Origin: a virus
Taxonomy: Duplodnaviria; Caudoviricetes
IMG/VR virus record: IMGVR_UViG_3300014205_000180
Coordinates: 64,001-128,000 of that record
Reading direction: 5' to 3' (one strand)
DNA length: 64,000 bases
Positions 40,348-50,031 of the stretch are shown here, one piece after another; position 1 is the first letter of the stretch, and each line of letters starts with the position of its first letter. The position numbers were made by a program, and so were the translations under genes. The notes below the pieces were generated by a model. That model was not told the origin of the DNA and made no database searches. It worked only from the letters and a program-made list of their open reading frames with translations.

Positions 40348-40587
40348 TTATATCTTTGCAACAGCTATATCTTCAACAACACCCTGCCAATCATAATTAG
40401 TTGAAGCATCAGCTGATACCTCAGGAAACTGAATAAAAGTCATGTTTCTAGTAACACCAAAAATGAAAGTATCGAATGGAACTTCATCTGGATTAACTCT
40501 TGGAAGATTGCTATTATCACGTGGTATTTTTACAAACCCGCCAACTACTGGAAGAGTTCTAACTATTTTAATTTCATTAAGGCTCAT
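40348..40587 (-). CDS. Hypothetical protein
   Basis: CAAATTTA-N4-ATG start. Confidence 0.7.
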   Translation of the reverse strand: MSLNEIKIVRTLPVVGGFVKIPRDNSNLPRVNPDEVPFDTFIFGVTRNMTFIQFPEVSADASTNYDWQGVVEDIAVAKI

Positions 40588-40599
40588 AAATTAAATTTG

Positions 40600-41802
40600 C
40601 TATTCATAAACAAATAGATATCCATTAAGGCCCGGAAATTGAGAAGTAATCATCGGTATTTTTCTTGATGGCTTAAACTCCTGTTCAATACTTTCAACAA
40701 ATGGATTGCTGACGAATATTATATTAACATCAACTTTTTTGAAGTGATTTTTCATATAGTAATCAAACATTTGTCTAGTAAACTTAAAATCAAAATCAAC
40801 TATTGCAAAGTCATACTGATCATTGTCATTATATTCACCAATATTATCATAATCAATAAATTTAGATATTTCTTTATAATAAGTATCAAATGGACATGTT
40901 GGTCTAAAACGATAAGAACACTCTTCTGCTGCAGCAGCTAAAAACTTTTCTCCATATCTCGGCTCAAAATCAAAAAAAGTCTTCCCAGATAATCCAAGAT
41001 CTTTAATTATTAAACGATAAAGACATGTTGGTCTGAATTTACATAATTTAAAAAAGCTTTGTTTATAATTCGATACTTTTATGGCTTTAATGATGTTTTT
41101 ATAATCAAGATCGATCGTTTTACGAATTCCATCCTTTTTAAATCTTTTATTTTGCCTTAATATTCTCAAAATTGCGCGGTACCATTTATGAATTGTATAC
41201 TTATGTTTAAAATTAAAGATCAATTTAGTGCTACTTAAATTATAATAACCATTTGGCATAAAATGTTCAAGAATCAAATCTCCAGGTCTGTCAGTATTTC
41301 TAAACGTACTCTTCTGCAATCTATAACCATTAGCCCGTTTATGTGAATTGATGTTTTCATTAAGTACATCATGATAATTTTTTATCAATACTTCATTAGG
41401 ATATTTAAATGGCTTCCATCCATGTTCAGTTATAAAATCTAACAAACTATGAACAAATAAATAACGATCAAAGAATTTTAATTTAGCATAATCATCATAT
41501 GACCATTTTGATAAGTTAAAGTATTCATCATCTGATTCAATCTCATTAATGCCATATTTATTAAATCTTGGAACTGATTTATTTTCACTTAATTCATCAA
41601 ACCACCTAACATCTGGGGCAATCCATAAAAAGTGTTTTTTCTTAAATTGGAGGCCCTTACCATAAAGCTTTCTATTTATGCTTATCGTATCCTTTATAAA
41701 ATTGTTCCATATAACTTTAAACCCATAATAATTAATATTAGACTTTTTTACCCTATTGTTTAAATCTAGGGACTTCTTTAAAGCTCTGTATGCTTGTTCC
41801 AT
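40600..41802 (-). CDS. Degenerate DNA methyltransferase-like protein
   Basis: KFRPT...GKTFFDFEPRYGEKFLAAAA resembles phage MTase QFRP...VLDxSxGWGxRLxA, but lacks the canonical motifs. Confidence 0.55.
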   Translation of the reverse strand: MEQAYRALKKSLDLNNRVKKSNINYYGFKVIWNNFIKDTISINRKLYGKGLQFKKKHFLWIAPDVRWFDELSENKSVPRFNKYGINEIESDDEYFNLSKWSYDDYAKLKFFDRYLFVHSLLDFITEHGWKPFKYPNEVLIKNYHDVLNENINSHKRANGYRLQKSTFRNTDRPGDLILEHFMPNGYYNLSSTKLIFNFKHKYTIHKWYRAILRILRQNKRFKKDGIRKTIDLDYKNIIKAIKVSNYKQSFFKLCKFRPTCLYRLIIKDLGLSGKTFFDFEPRYGEKFLAAAAEECSYRFRPTCPFDTYYKEISKFIDYDNIGEYNDNDQYDFAIVDFDFKFTRQMFDYYMKNHFKKVDVNIIFVSNPFVESIEQEFKPSRKIPMITSQFPGLNGYLFVYE

Positions 41803-42400
41803 GAATTTTATTATAATTATCTATCTTAGCTAATCTTTCTGCATTTCTTATCTTCCATCTCTTCATAGCACTAGCACAATTCCTTGTTCTTGGATATATA
41901 TCATTATTAATTAACCAATCATAAATAGTGTAAACACTAACACCAGCAATTGAAGCCATTTTTCTTATACCAAGTTTATCATCAAAATAACTTTTTATTA
42001 ACCACTCTCTGTTATTATATTGATTCTTACTCTTAACTGATTCCTCTAAAGATTTTGTTTTTATACCATACCTTTTAAATCTCTTTTCAACTGTCCTTAT
42101 CGTTCTGCTAATTATTCTAGCTATAGTTTTTATGCCATATTTTGAATAAGCTTCACGAAACCATGCTTCATTATCCCAAATATCTTGCGAGTTAACTTTA
42201 ACTATATTAACACTCTTACGTTTTCTATGTGCTCTCAAAAATGGTGCTTGTTCAGTATCTGATTTAATATCAGCATCAATTCGCCACTGTCTTATAATAT
42301 GAACTGGAATTTTTGTCTTTAAAGAGATTTCATAAACAGTATAATCTTTATAATCATCAAAAAATTGCTTTTTCTCATCAACGTTTTTCGGCCTTATCAC
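41753..42400 (-). CDS. Multi-HTH DNA-binding protein
   Basis: Three HTH-like units, e.g. IKTIARIISRTIRTVEKRFKRYGI. Confidence 0.7.
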   Translation of the reverse strand: MIRPKNVDEKKQFFDDYKDYTVYEISLKTKIPVHIIRQWRIDADIKSDTEQAPFLRAHRKRKSVNIVKVNSQDIWDNEAWFREAYSKYGIKTIARIISRTIRTVEKRFKRYGIKTKSLEESVKSKNQYNNREWLIKSYFDDKLGIRKMASIAGVSVYTIYDWLINNDIYPRTRNCASAMKRWKIRNAERLAKIDNYNKIHGTSIQSFKEVPRFKQ

Positions 42401-42403
42401 ATC

Positions 42404-43159
42404 CTATTTACTAGGAATACCAGAATCCTGTTCTTCTTCACCTTCTTCAAAATCAAGATCTTCTGGCTTAATCTCCTGATCATCTAGTCCAGGGTCAGAC
42501 TTTCCAAAATTCTTATCTTTTTCAACTTCGCCTTTTTGTTTTGGCTTAATCTGCTTAATTTTATCATGTGCTATCTTGCTATCGATTTTTTGATCATCAA
42601 CATCTTTTATTTCTTTATCTAATGTTTCTTTACCATCACGATCTGGTTCGTCTCGATCAAGATCAAGACTCTGCTTATCCTTATCAATATTATCTATTTC
42701 TTTATCAGCGTCTTCTGGCTTTTTAATTTCTGGTTTATCAGTCTTAACATCTGGTCTGACAAATTGCTTAGGCGTAACAGCTTTAGTAAGAGGATCTTTA
42801 ATATCTTGAGGCTTTGGCTCTCTGAAGAATTTGAGAGTTCCTGGTGCAATTATTCTAACATGATCCTGATCATATGTTCTATAAGCACGATCAAATATCT
42901 GCGGTGCTAATCCGCGCAGTTTTCTAACTCTGCGCCTTAAATTTCTATCACCAAGAATTGTCGGCAGATTCTTTTGAAGATCGACTACCTGATCATCAGA
43001 AAGATAATTTAAATTAATACCACATAATAATTTCGTACCTCTATGATTAACCCATCTTCCAAGAGCTAAAACATTCGGTCTGGGATCAATATTGAACCGG
43101 TCGTAACTTAAATCGTAACGACGACCGTAGCCTTCACAAAGAACTAATGATAGTTTCAA
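42404..43159 (-). CDS. T4 gp2-like DNA end-protector candidate with acidic tail
   Basis: DPRPNVL...GINLNYL...AYRTY resembles the gp2 family (P-L...GLNLHY). Confidence 0.55.
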   Translation of the reverse strand: MKLSLVLCEGYGRRYDLSYDRFNIDPRPNVLALGRWVNHRGTKLLCGINLNYLSDDQVVDLQKNLPTILGDRNLRRRVRKLRGLAPQIFDRAYRTYDQDHVRIIAPGTLKFFREPKPQDIKDPLTKAVTPKQFVRPDVKTDKPEIKKPEDADKEIDNIDKDKQSLDLDRDEPDRDGKETLDKEIKDVDDQKIDSKIAHDKIKQIKPKQKGEVEKDKNFGKSDPGLDDQEIKPEDLDFEEGEEEQDSGIPSK

Positions 43160-44084
43160 ACTTATTTCTCTTTCTCTTCATTGACCTTACATTATTTTTG
43201 TACATGTATTCCATTATTTTGATTCCTTTTTTCTTTTTAGCTACTAACACATAAATTGTTTTAGAATTATAAACATTTAAGTTACTTATGCCAACATTTT
43301 TTGAAATTATTTGACCAATATATTCAAGCTGATTCATAAATGGATCTACTAATCTCCATGTTGGATATTGTTTACCTTTTTCATTAATGATGCTTATTGT
43401 CCCATCTCCATCTGTCATTCCTCTTAACCAATGACTAAATAAATCATCTGGTATCAATTTAATTAATTCAATACCGCCTTTTTTGAATTCATTAAATTTT
43501 AAATTAATTAATGAATTTTTAATTTTGGCAGAATTTATATTAACGTATTTCTGGATAGTTCCAGGGCTGAATGATTTTTCATTTCTAATATTTTGCTTAA
43601 TTTTATAATCAGATTCTAAATCATTTATAAAATTAAGCAAAACATCTTCATCTTTTGATGATAAACTAATCATTTGATTGTCTTTACTGACACATCCATC
43701 AGCACATAAATATCCAAGCCAATAAGCCATTAATGGCGTCCACTCTTCAAAAAACTCTTCATTTAATGAATGTTCTCTATGATTTATTCCTTTTGTTACA
43801 CTAACACCCATTTCATGTAAAACTTCATAAATAGTACCAACATTAGAATTATGTGATTTTGCTATATCAATAACACTGATATTATTATTATACATATCAA
43901 CAACTTTTTGTTTATCAAAAATTTTTTGTTCACGTTCAAATGGTTTTCTTGGAGTCCAACCATTATTTTTAAATATTTTACCAATTGTTACATCACTAAC
44001 ACCATAAATATCACCTATTAATTTAAACGATTTATTTTTATCATAATATAAACTTTTTATATTTAATTCAATATCGCTATTCAT
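43134..44084 (-). mobile_element. Free-standing LAGLIDADG homing endonuclease with HTH repeats
   Basis: YWLGYLCADGC and WLRGMTDGDG. Confidence 0.9.
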
Positions 44085-44088
44085 ATCC

Positions 44089-44096
44089 TATATTTG
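44089..44096 (-). promoter_or_regulatory. Class II (putative late) motif CAAATATA-N4-ATG, representative copy
   Basis: Same motif family at 5167, 15564, 22561(+), 28277, 29112, 38100, 40319, 40592, 46301, 47330, 50001, 53309, 55375, 56292, 56993(+), 60649. Confidence 0.75.
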
Positions 44097-44101
44097 ACTA
44101 C

Positions 44102-44272
44102 TTAACTACTTAATAATTTACGTATACGCTTTCTGATTTTTATCTCTTTAAGATGCTTCAGATCAATATTGCAAACATAAAGATTACCTTTCTTATTCAT
44201 ATTAATATAAATAATATCATCTAAATCTACATTGGTTGTTTCATGATATTGATCAATATTTGAAGTATTCAT
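44102..44272 (-). CDS. Small hypothetical protein (56 aa), not in the ORF track
   Basis: ATGA overlap with the deaminase stop; MNTSNIDQYHETT...RKLLSS*. Confidence 0.6.
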   Translation of the reverse strand: MNTSNIDQYHETTNVDLDDIIYINMNKKGNLYVCNIDLKHLKEIKIRKRIRKLLSS

Positions 44273-45222
44273 TTCATTTTTCTCTTGATTATTGCCTGAG
44301 CGGAAAAATTATAAGCATTGTTCTTGATCTTTTCAATGTCATTATTTGATAACCCAGTTTCATTCTTTAATACATCGTATTCATTACTAATGTTTGAACA
44401 TATTATTGCCGGGTCGTCTGTACCAACATTTATAATGAAGCCATTCTTGATCATTTCATTTACAGGGTGTTTGCCTCTCTTTGCTACACCAGTACAAAAA
44501 TTACTAGTTAGACATACATCAAAAGAAATCAATCTATCACTAGTCATTTTAGCTAATTCTTTATTATCTGCCACAGCTATGCCATGACATACTCTATCTA
44601 AATTAAGAATATTAATAGCATCAATAACATGTTGTGATTTGTCTATTTCACCAACATGTGCCATACAAACACGTTTAGCACTATGCCATCTTTTATAAAT
44701 CGGCTTATAAAAATCAACATCAAAATAATTCTCATCACCAACTATATCAATACCAGCAATGCATTCAGCAACTAAATCATTATTAATTATATCACTAATC
44801 TTTAATTGTACATCTTTGTCCATATCATGCTTCAATGATAATACTAAATCTACAGTTATTCCTAAATTAGATGAATGAATTTCAAATTCAGAAATAAACC
44901 ACAAAACAAATTTTGTAATTGATTCATTTTTGCTTTTTAAATATTTTAGGTATTTGTTAATAGAAAATTTTATTTCAGCATAATCAATACCTTCCTTCTT
45001 TAAACCCCAAACAACATCTTGAATGGTCAATGATATATTATCATGATTCCATTCAATATTATCTAATATTTTAAATTTATTAAAGAATGATTTATAGGAC
45101 AATTTTTCATTCTTACCAAAGGTCATCAGTTTATTAACTTTTTTGATATCAATACCAGATATCTTACTGACAGTATCAACGCTAATTGAACCGCCCATAT
45201 GGCGGTGAGTCTCACATAGCAT
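44269..45222 (-). CDS. add: Adenosine/AMP deaminase family protein
   Basis: HRHMGGS, GIDIVGDE, HVGE, RVCHG, CLTSN, GTDDP metal and catalytic motifs. Confidence 0.88.
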   Translation of the reverse strand: MLCETHRHMGGSISVDTVSKISGIDIKKVNKLMTFGKNEKLSYKSFFNKFKILDNIEWNHDNISLTIQDVVWGLKKEGIDYAEIKFSINKYLKYLKSKNESITKFVLWFISEFEIHSSNLGITVDLVLSLKHDMDKDVQLKISDIINNDLVAECIAGIDIVGDENYFDVDFYKPIYKRWHSAKRVCMAHVGEIDKSQHVIDAINILNLDRVCHGIAVADNKELAKMTSDRLISFDVCLTSNFCTGVAKRGKHPVNEMIKNGFIINVGTDDPAIICSNISNEYDVLKNETGLSNNDIEKIKNNAYNFSAQAIIKRKMK

Positions 45223-45241
45223 TAATTTTAAATACTATAAT

Positions 45242-45754
45242 TTAGAAAGTACGACCACGATATCCAAATATCGATCCTGCAACATCAATACTCATAACTT
45301 CAGCATCAGCAACAGATGAATCAAGAAGAGCAAGTAAATCATTAGCAAATTGCACAAAATATGGATCTACCACTCTATTTGCAGAGTTAACGCATCCAAA
45401 TCCGGTAACACCACTATTAGTATTAAGGACTGTTACCGCTTCAGTTGGGCTTTTTGGAACTTCACTATGAGTCTTTTTTATGTTACCATTAATAGTCAAT
45501 CTGGCAACGAAATTACCAAATGCCAATGTTGCTTTCACTGGACTAGAAAATTCATCAATATAGCCAGCAGTACCAAGAGCTTCATTTAATGCAGCTTCAG
45601 CATTATTAGCAATTTTTTCCATTTCAAACTTCTTTTCCATCCTCTTACCATATCCGGCAGGAAAATTGATTTGCATTTTAGCGATAAATGGAATAAAAAC
45701 GTTACTCTGGGTGAATGGACTCTGACTTAAAGCGCCGGTTGATAATGCAGTCAT
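45242..45754 (-). CDS. Hypothetical (probably structural) protein
   Basis: AGGA SD; AAAATATA upstream. Confidence 0.75.
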   Translation of the reverse strand: MTALSTGALSQSPFTQSNVFIPFIAKMQINFPAGYGKRMEKKFEMEKIANNAEAALNEALGTAGYIDEFSSPVKATLAFGNFVARLTINGNIKKTHSEVPKSPTEAVTVLNTNSGVTGFGCVNSANRVVDPYFVQFANDLLALLDSSVADAEVMSIDVAGSIFGYRGRTF

Positions 45755-45791
45755 TTGTTTGTCCTAGGTTATATTTTCCAGATTGAAACAA

Positions 45792-45822
45792 CGACACCCG
45801 CCCACAAAGTAGGCGGGTGTCG
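45792..45822 (-). terminator. Intrinsic terminator
   Basis: 11-bp stem cgacacccgcc/ggcgggtgtcg followed by TTGTTT on the minus strand. Confidence 0.85.
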
Positions 45823-45844
45823 CTTTGCTATCTTGCAAACCCGA

Positions 45845-46273
45845 TTAGATCGGGCGGAAGAGGCCGCGAGGCAGCGGGGAAGCTGCGCGGACTTCGGCGT
45901 GCAGATCTTCAGTCAGATGGCCATCGGCCTTCTGGATGAAGAGGTCGTGGCGGGTGCCGACCAGCTGAGCCGGGAATGCCAGGTTGGCAACGCCAGCGGC
46001 CACATCAGCCACCGTAGCACGCTCGCGGGTCTCAAGCACAACGGGCATGCCGTAGCGCCAAGCCGGATTCGGGCCAGGAACGCCAGCAGCAGCCGCTGCA
46101 GCAGCGGTATCAGCCAGGGCGTAGAAGGCGTCGATTTCCTCGCCGGGGGCGATCACGACCACTGGGCCGAGGCGCTGAGCCATCTGCTTGATGGACGAGT
46201 TGCGGGGGACATCGGTACGGGTACGGACGGTACGACGTACTGAGATGAGAGCATTGGCGGGCTGGTCTGCCAT
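45845..46273 (-). CDS. GC-rich hypothetical protein, probably highly expressed
   Basis: TAAGGA SD, CAAAAATA upstream and its own terminator; 40/60 G+C in line 46021. Confidence 0.85.
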   Translation of the reverse strand: MADQPANALISVRRTVRTRTDVPRNSSIKQMAQRLGPVVVIAPGEEIDAFYALADTAAAAAAAGVPGPNPAWRYGMPVVLETRERATVADVAAGVANLAFPAQLVGTRHDLFIQKADGHLTEDLHAEVRAASPLPRGLFRPI

Positions 46274-46335
46274 GGGAGTAGTTCCTTATGAGGTCTACAA
46301 TATTTTTGCTCGAAATTATTTATTTCTAATAAATT

Positions 46336-47325
46336 TTAATTAAAATCTGGATGAGGTTTCATTTTACTATCATTGATAATCCATCTTTTACTATAACATC
46401 TGTGTTCATTTCTGCATGGTCCAATATAATCAAGGAATCTACGTCTCTCTCTTCTTTTTATAATATTAATCATAGGACCTTGAGTAGTGTAATAATTACA
46501 TTCAATTGGCATCTTACTAACCAAAAATTTAACATCATTTTCAGTAAATCCATTAGTACACAGTCTCAAACTACTATTTCCTGACGTTCCATCACCAAGA
46601 TACCACCAATAACAAGTTTCTGATGTTAATATTAAATCTTTTGGAACAATTTTTATTCCATTAGGATACCATTTATTTCTTAATATAGTTAAATCTGGAT
46701 ATGAATGTGACATAATGGCATAATTCGTATATCTTTTATTAGTTCTTTTATCTAAATAAGAATTTGTTTTTAAATGCCAGCCAAGTCTTTCTAAAACTTT
46801 ATATCTAACATCATTAAGAACTTCCATATAATGACAAGTATACTGCAGGCTTGCATTTCTAAATTCATATCGATTGCTAACATATAGATTACCATCACCT
46901 AAAAGCATTCCGTTTATTATTTCAAATTCTAAACTAGTAAGATTAGCTGGCTTGGTCTTTAAATATAAAGATTCACCAGATGATCTCTTTTTTATTCCAT
47001 ATTTAGGAAAATAATGTTCTTGTACTGTTTCTGTGCTTACACCTAATTTTATAGCTATTTCTGGAATAGTATTTGTTTTATATTCTTCAATTAAATAATT
47101 TGAAAATTCTTGTTCTGTTTTAAACCCATGATTAATAAATCCATGGCCAACAATAACGTTTATATTAAATTTATCAATGACCCTACGTATTGATGAATAT
47201 CCAATTTTAAGTTCATGTTGTAACTGACGTAAATTTTTACCAATTTTATTTTGTGATTCAATATAACAAGCTAATTCACTTTCAGATGAAAATCCGCATT
47301 TTTGATAAACTTTTAATATTGGCAT
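46336..47325 (-). mobile_element. Free-standing LAGLIDADG homing endonuclease with HTH repeats
   Basis: NGMLLGDGNL and YWWYLGDGT. Confidence 0.9.
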
Positions 47326-47368
47326 GTTTTATATTTGAACAACAACACTATACATGCACAATTCAGAA

Positions 47369-48607
47369 TCAACGCTTTTGAGAAGCAGCATCGAAATCGC
47401 CGCGATAAATATAAAGATCTGTAACCCACATTCCTGCATGAATTGTATGTTCAAAACCATACACTAACCATTTTCCATTTCCGCCATATGGGGCACCATT
47501 AACATCAACCCAAGTTAAATTTATTGTGTATCCACCTAAATTACTACTATCATGAACTTTATGATTTCCTAAAACTCTTAATTTTATTCTATATAGTCCA
47601 TTTAGCATATTCAAAAACATAGCTCTAGCTCTTCCATCAATATAATCTTGATATTTTATACCAACCTCGCCAGCACTAAGTTCTGGTACTGCCATTATTT
47701 GAGTCCAGCCACGATCTTCATCAGTCGGCTTAGTAAAACTCTGATCCTGTTTTAAATCAACATTTAATTTATTGCCAGTATTAGAATCTTTTACTTTTAT
47801 TTTATCCTTTGTAATACTATTACTTTTATCACAATAAAGGCCAGATATCGCTGATATTCCAGCAGTACCAAGAACAGTTTGTAAATTAGATAAGTAATTG
47901 TTCTCCAAAACTTGCCATGATATCACATTTTGAGCACCTGATGGATTAGCATTTACTACATAATCGCCAAAAGTTCCGTTCGACAATTCAGCTTGTTCTT
48001 TTATAATGATTTTTTCATCAACACTTGCTACAACCCATTGAGTTTTTTTATTAGTTATTGATGATGACCAATCAACTAATGACATTATAAAAGATTTAGG
48101 ATCTTGTCTCATCATCCACCATTTATTTTCTTGATTGTCTACTGTTACACCAATATCAACTGATATACCAGGAGCATAGTCTCCAACAACTTTTTTAATA
48201 ACATCAGAAACTTTTCCTTTATAAACTTTACCCTCTGCATCTCCCCAATTAAGATACCATGTTGGAGGATCAATAGCTATAAATTGAAAAAATCCAGATG
48301 ATTGACCACCCTCAGGGGTCATAGCATCCAAATCAGTCATGTATGCAATTCGTTCATCAGTTTCTTTACCACTGATGTTCCATTTAATTTTCCATTTTAC
48401 TTTAGTAGGCTTCTTTCTAGCATCTTGTAGATATTTTTCATTAGCAATTTCTTGAAATTTTGCTAAATGTGGATCATTAAACAAAACATATATTGAATAT
48501 CCACCATTTATTAATGATCTCCATTGAAATCTGTTTACAAAACGACTTAAGTTAGGTCCATCATCAATAGATATGGTAATTACTACATCTGCACCAGCTT
48601 TTTCCAT
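47369..48607 (-). CDS. Baseplate hub (gpD/gp27-like) protein
   Basis: Position after the tube gene; GKVSDVIKKV...GKWLVYGFEH architecture. Confidence 0.65.
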   Translation of the reverse strand: MEKAGADVVITISIDDGPNLSRFVNRFQWRSLINGGYSIYVLFNDPHLAKFQEIANEKYLQDARKKPTKVKWKIKWNISGKETDERIAYMTDLDAMTPEGGQSSGFFQFIAIDPPTWYLNWGDAEGKVYKGKVSDVIKKVVGDYAPGISVDIGVTVDNQENKWWMMRQDPKSFIMSLVDWSSSITNKKTQWVVASVDEKIIIKEQAELSNGTFGDYVVNANPSGAQNVISWQVLENNYLSNLQTVLGTAGISAISGLYCDKSNSITKDKIKVKDSNTGNKLNVDLKQDQSFTKPTDEDRGWTQIMAVPELSAGEVGIKYQDYIDGRARAMFLNMLNGLYRIKLRVLGNHKVHDSSNLGGYTINLTWVDVNGAPYGGNGKWLVYGFEHTIHAGMWVTDLYIYRGDFDAASQKR

Positions 48608-49107
48608 TATTTAACCTCATACCATGAAAATTTTACAGTAGCTGTAACTGATAATATTTCGGAAGATCCATATGATAGTTGACTTTTTGCTATATTACTA
48701 ACCCAACAATTTTTAAATGAATATGTGACCAATTTAGACCCTTTACTATCGTTTAAATCAATTATTACATCATTAACATAATCGTCAAAATCACCTATAC
48801 CTTGATCGGCAGTATGAACAAGATCAAGGTATGTTTCTAATTCACTCAATAAATCTTTTGGTGTGTAAAAAACTAATTTTAAATCAGAATAATTGGCAGA
48901 TTTTCCAAATTTATAAGTTGATCCAGGCGTTTTGATTTGTAATTCTTCTATAATTCTTTCCGGCAGATCAACATCTTTTAATAAATTTAATGGTGGATTA
49001 TGCCCAGGTTGACCCATAAATATTGACATCGAAAAACGATGAGCACGCAAAGTCTCAGTTTTTGAATCTGGACCATCACCTTCACCATTTATTTTAAATC
49101 CAGGCAT
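48607..49107 (-). CDS. Tail tube-like protein (T4 gp19 family)
   Basis: VDLP...YKFG...YSFKNCW...LSY...TATVKFSW. Confidence 0.8.
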   Translation of the reverse strand: MPGFKINGEGDGPDSKTETLRAHRFSMSIFMGQPGHNPPLNLLKDVDLPERIIEELQIKTPGSTYKFGKSANYSDLKLVFYTPKDLLSELETYLDLVHTADQGIGDFDDYVNDVIIDLNDSKGSKLVTYSFKNCWVSNIAKSQLSYGSSEILSVTATVKFSWYEVK

Positions 49108-49415
49108 TATAGTCCTAATGTCCTTACAAAACTCATCCTTGGTATCTTAATAACTTCACCAGATTTTGGCCAATTAATAGTATTTTTGGGCCTATTTCCC
49201 ATAACGATTACCCAATCATAAAATGATAAATTATAAAACTTTAAAGAAATTAGATCTGGTCTTCCATCATATCCATTTTCAGTTGACCATTCATCATATT
49301 GATCACCATTCATATTTTTTAATGCATCAAAACCCTCCATAAGCCCATATGTTTCAGCACCATTTCTAGTTCTGATTAAATCAGTGTTTCTAAATCTACT
49401 ATAACTTAATGCCAT
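49107..49415 (-). CDS. Baseplate wedge gp53-like (LysM-like) protein
   Basis: GRPDLISLKFY...WVIVMGN...GEVIKIP. Confidence 0.8.
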   Translation of the reverse strand: MALSYSRFRNTDLIRTRNGAETYGLMEGFDALKNMNGDQYDEWSTENGYDGRPDLISLKFYNLSFYDWVIVMGNRPKNTINWPKSGEVIKIPRMSFVRTLGL

Positions 49416-49417
49416 GA

Positions 49418-49996
49418 TTAATACCACCCAGGTGTTGGTTTTTCTTCTAATGTCTTAAGTTCTTGCATTGGCGTGTCACCACCGCCACCATCTCCGACAG
49501 GTTTTAGCTGAGTAACAGACAATAGATCCATTGATAATTTAACATGTAATGGATACCATGCTCCGCCAATATTAATTAATTCAGGACTATATATAACATT
49601 TACACTGTTCAACCTCCAAGTAGTCCTTTTCTTAATTAAATTATATAGTTTATTAATTTCAACAATAGGATAATCAACCATATTTCCACCTTGATAACAA
49701 GTATAAAAATATGATTTAACTTTGTCTGTTATTTCATGTACAAAATCTGGTGTCCACTTACCACCAATAACCCACTGAAATTCCAAGCCAAGATCTCTTG
49801 GATTGCCAGATTTAAAAAATGCTATTGGTTCATATGACATTGCATCAATAGTATTCCAATTAGCACTTTTGGAATCTTTAGTAATAGTTGGTGGAAATTG
49901 CAAATTACTACTATTTAAAATAAATCCAGATGGATTTCCTTTTATTGAAACATTTCCAATAGCATTTTGATCAGCTTTAGTTAAAACAAATGCCAT
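49418..49996 (-). CDS. Tube-initiator/baseplate protein
   Basis: QFPPTITKDSKSANW...; lies between the tape measure and gp53-like genes. Confidence 0.6.
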   Translation of the reverse strand: MAFVLTKADQNAIGNVSIKGNPSGFILNSSNLQFPPTITKDSKSANWNTIDAMSYEPIAFFKSGNPRDLGLEFQWVIGGKWTPDFVHEITDKVKSYFYTCYQGGNMVDYPIVEINKLYNLIKKRTTWRLNSVNVIYSPELINIGGAWYPLHVKLSMDLLSVTQLKPVGDGGGGDTPMQELKTLEEKPTPGWY

Positions 49997-50031
49997 ATTT
50001 TATATTTACATTAAATCAATATTTAAACATT

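Noticed and set aside
45755-46243. 162-aa + strand ORF
   Set aside because: Antisense shadow of the GC-rich gene; it crosses the terminator, and the expression signals belong to the minus strand.
39391-47325. Inteins or group I introns around the LAGLIDADG ORFs
   Set aside because: No Cys/Ser...His-Asn splice junctions in a host frame, and the flanking gaps are too short for an intron core.
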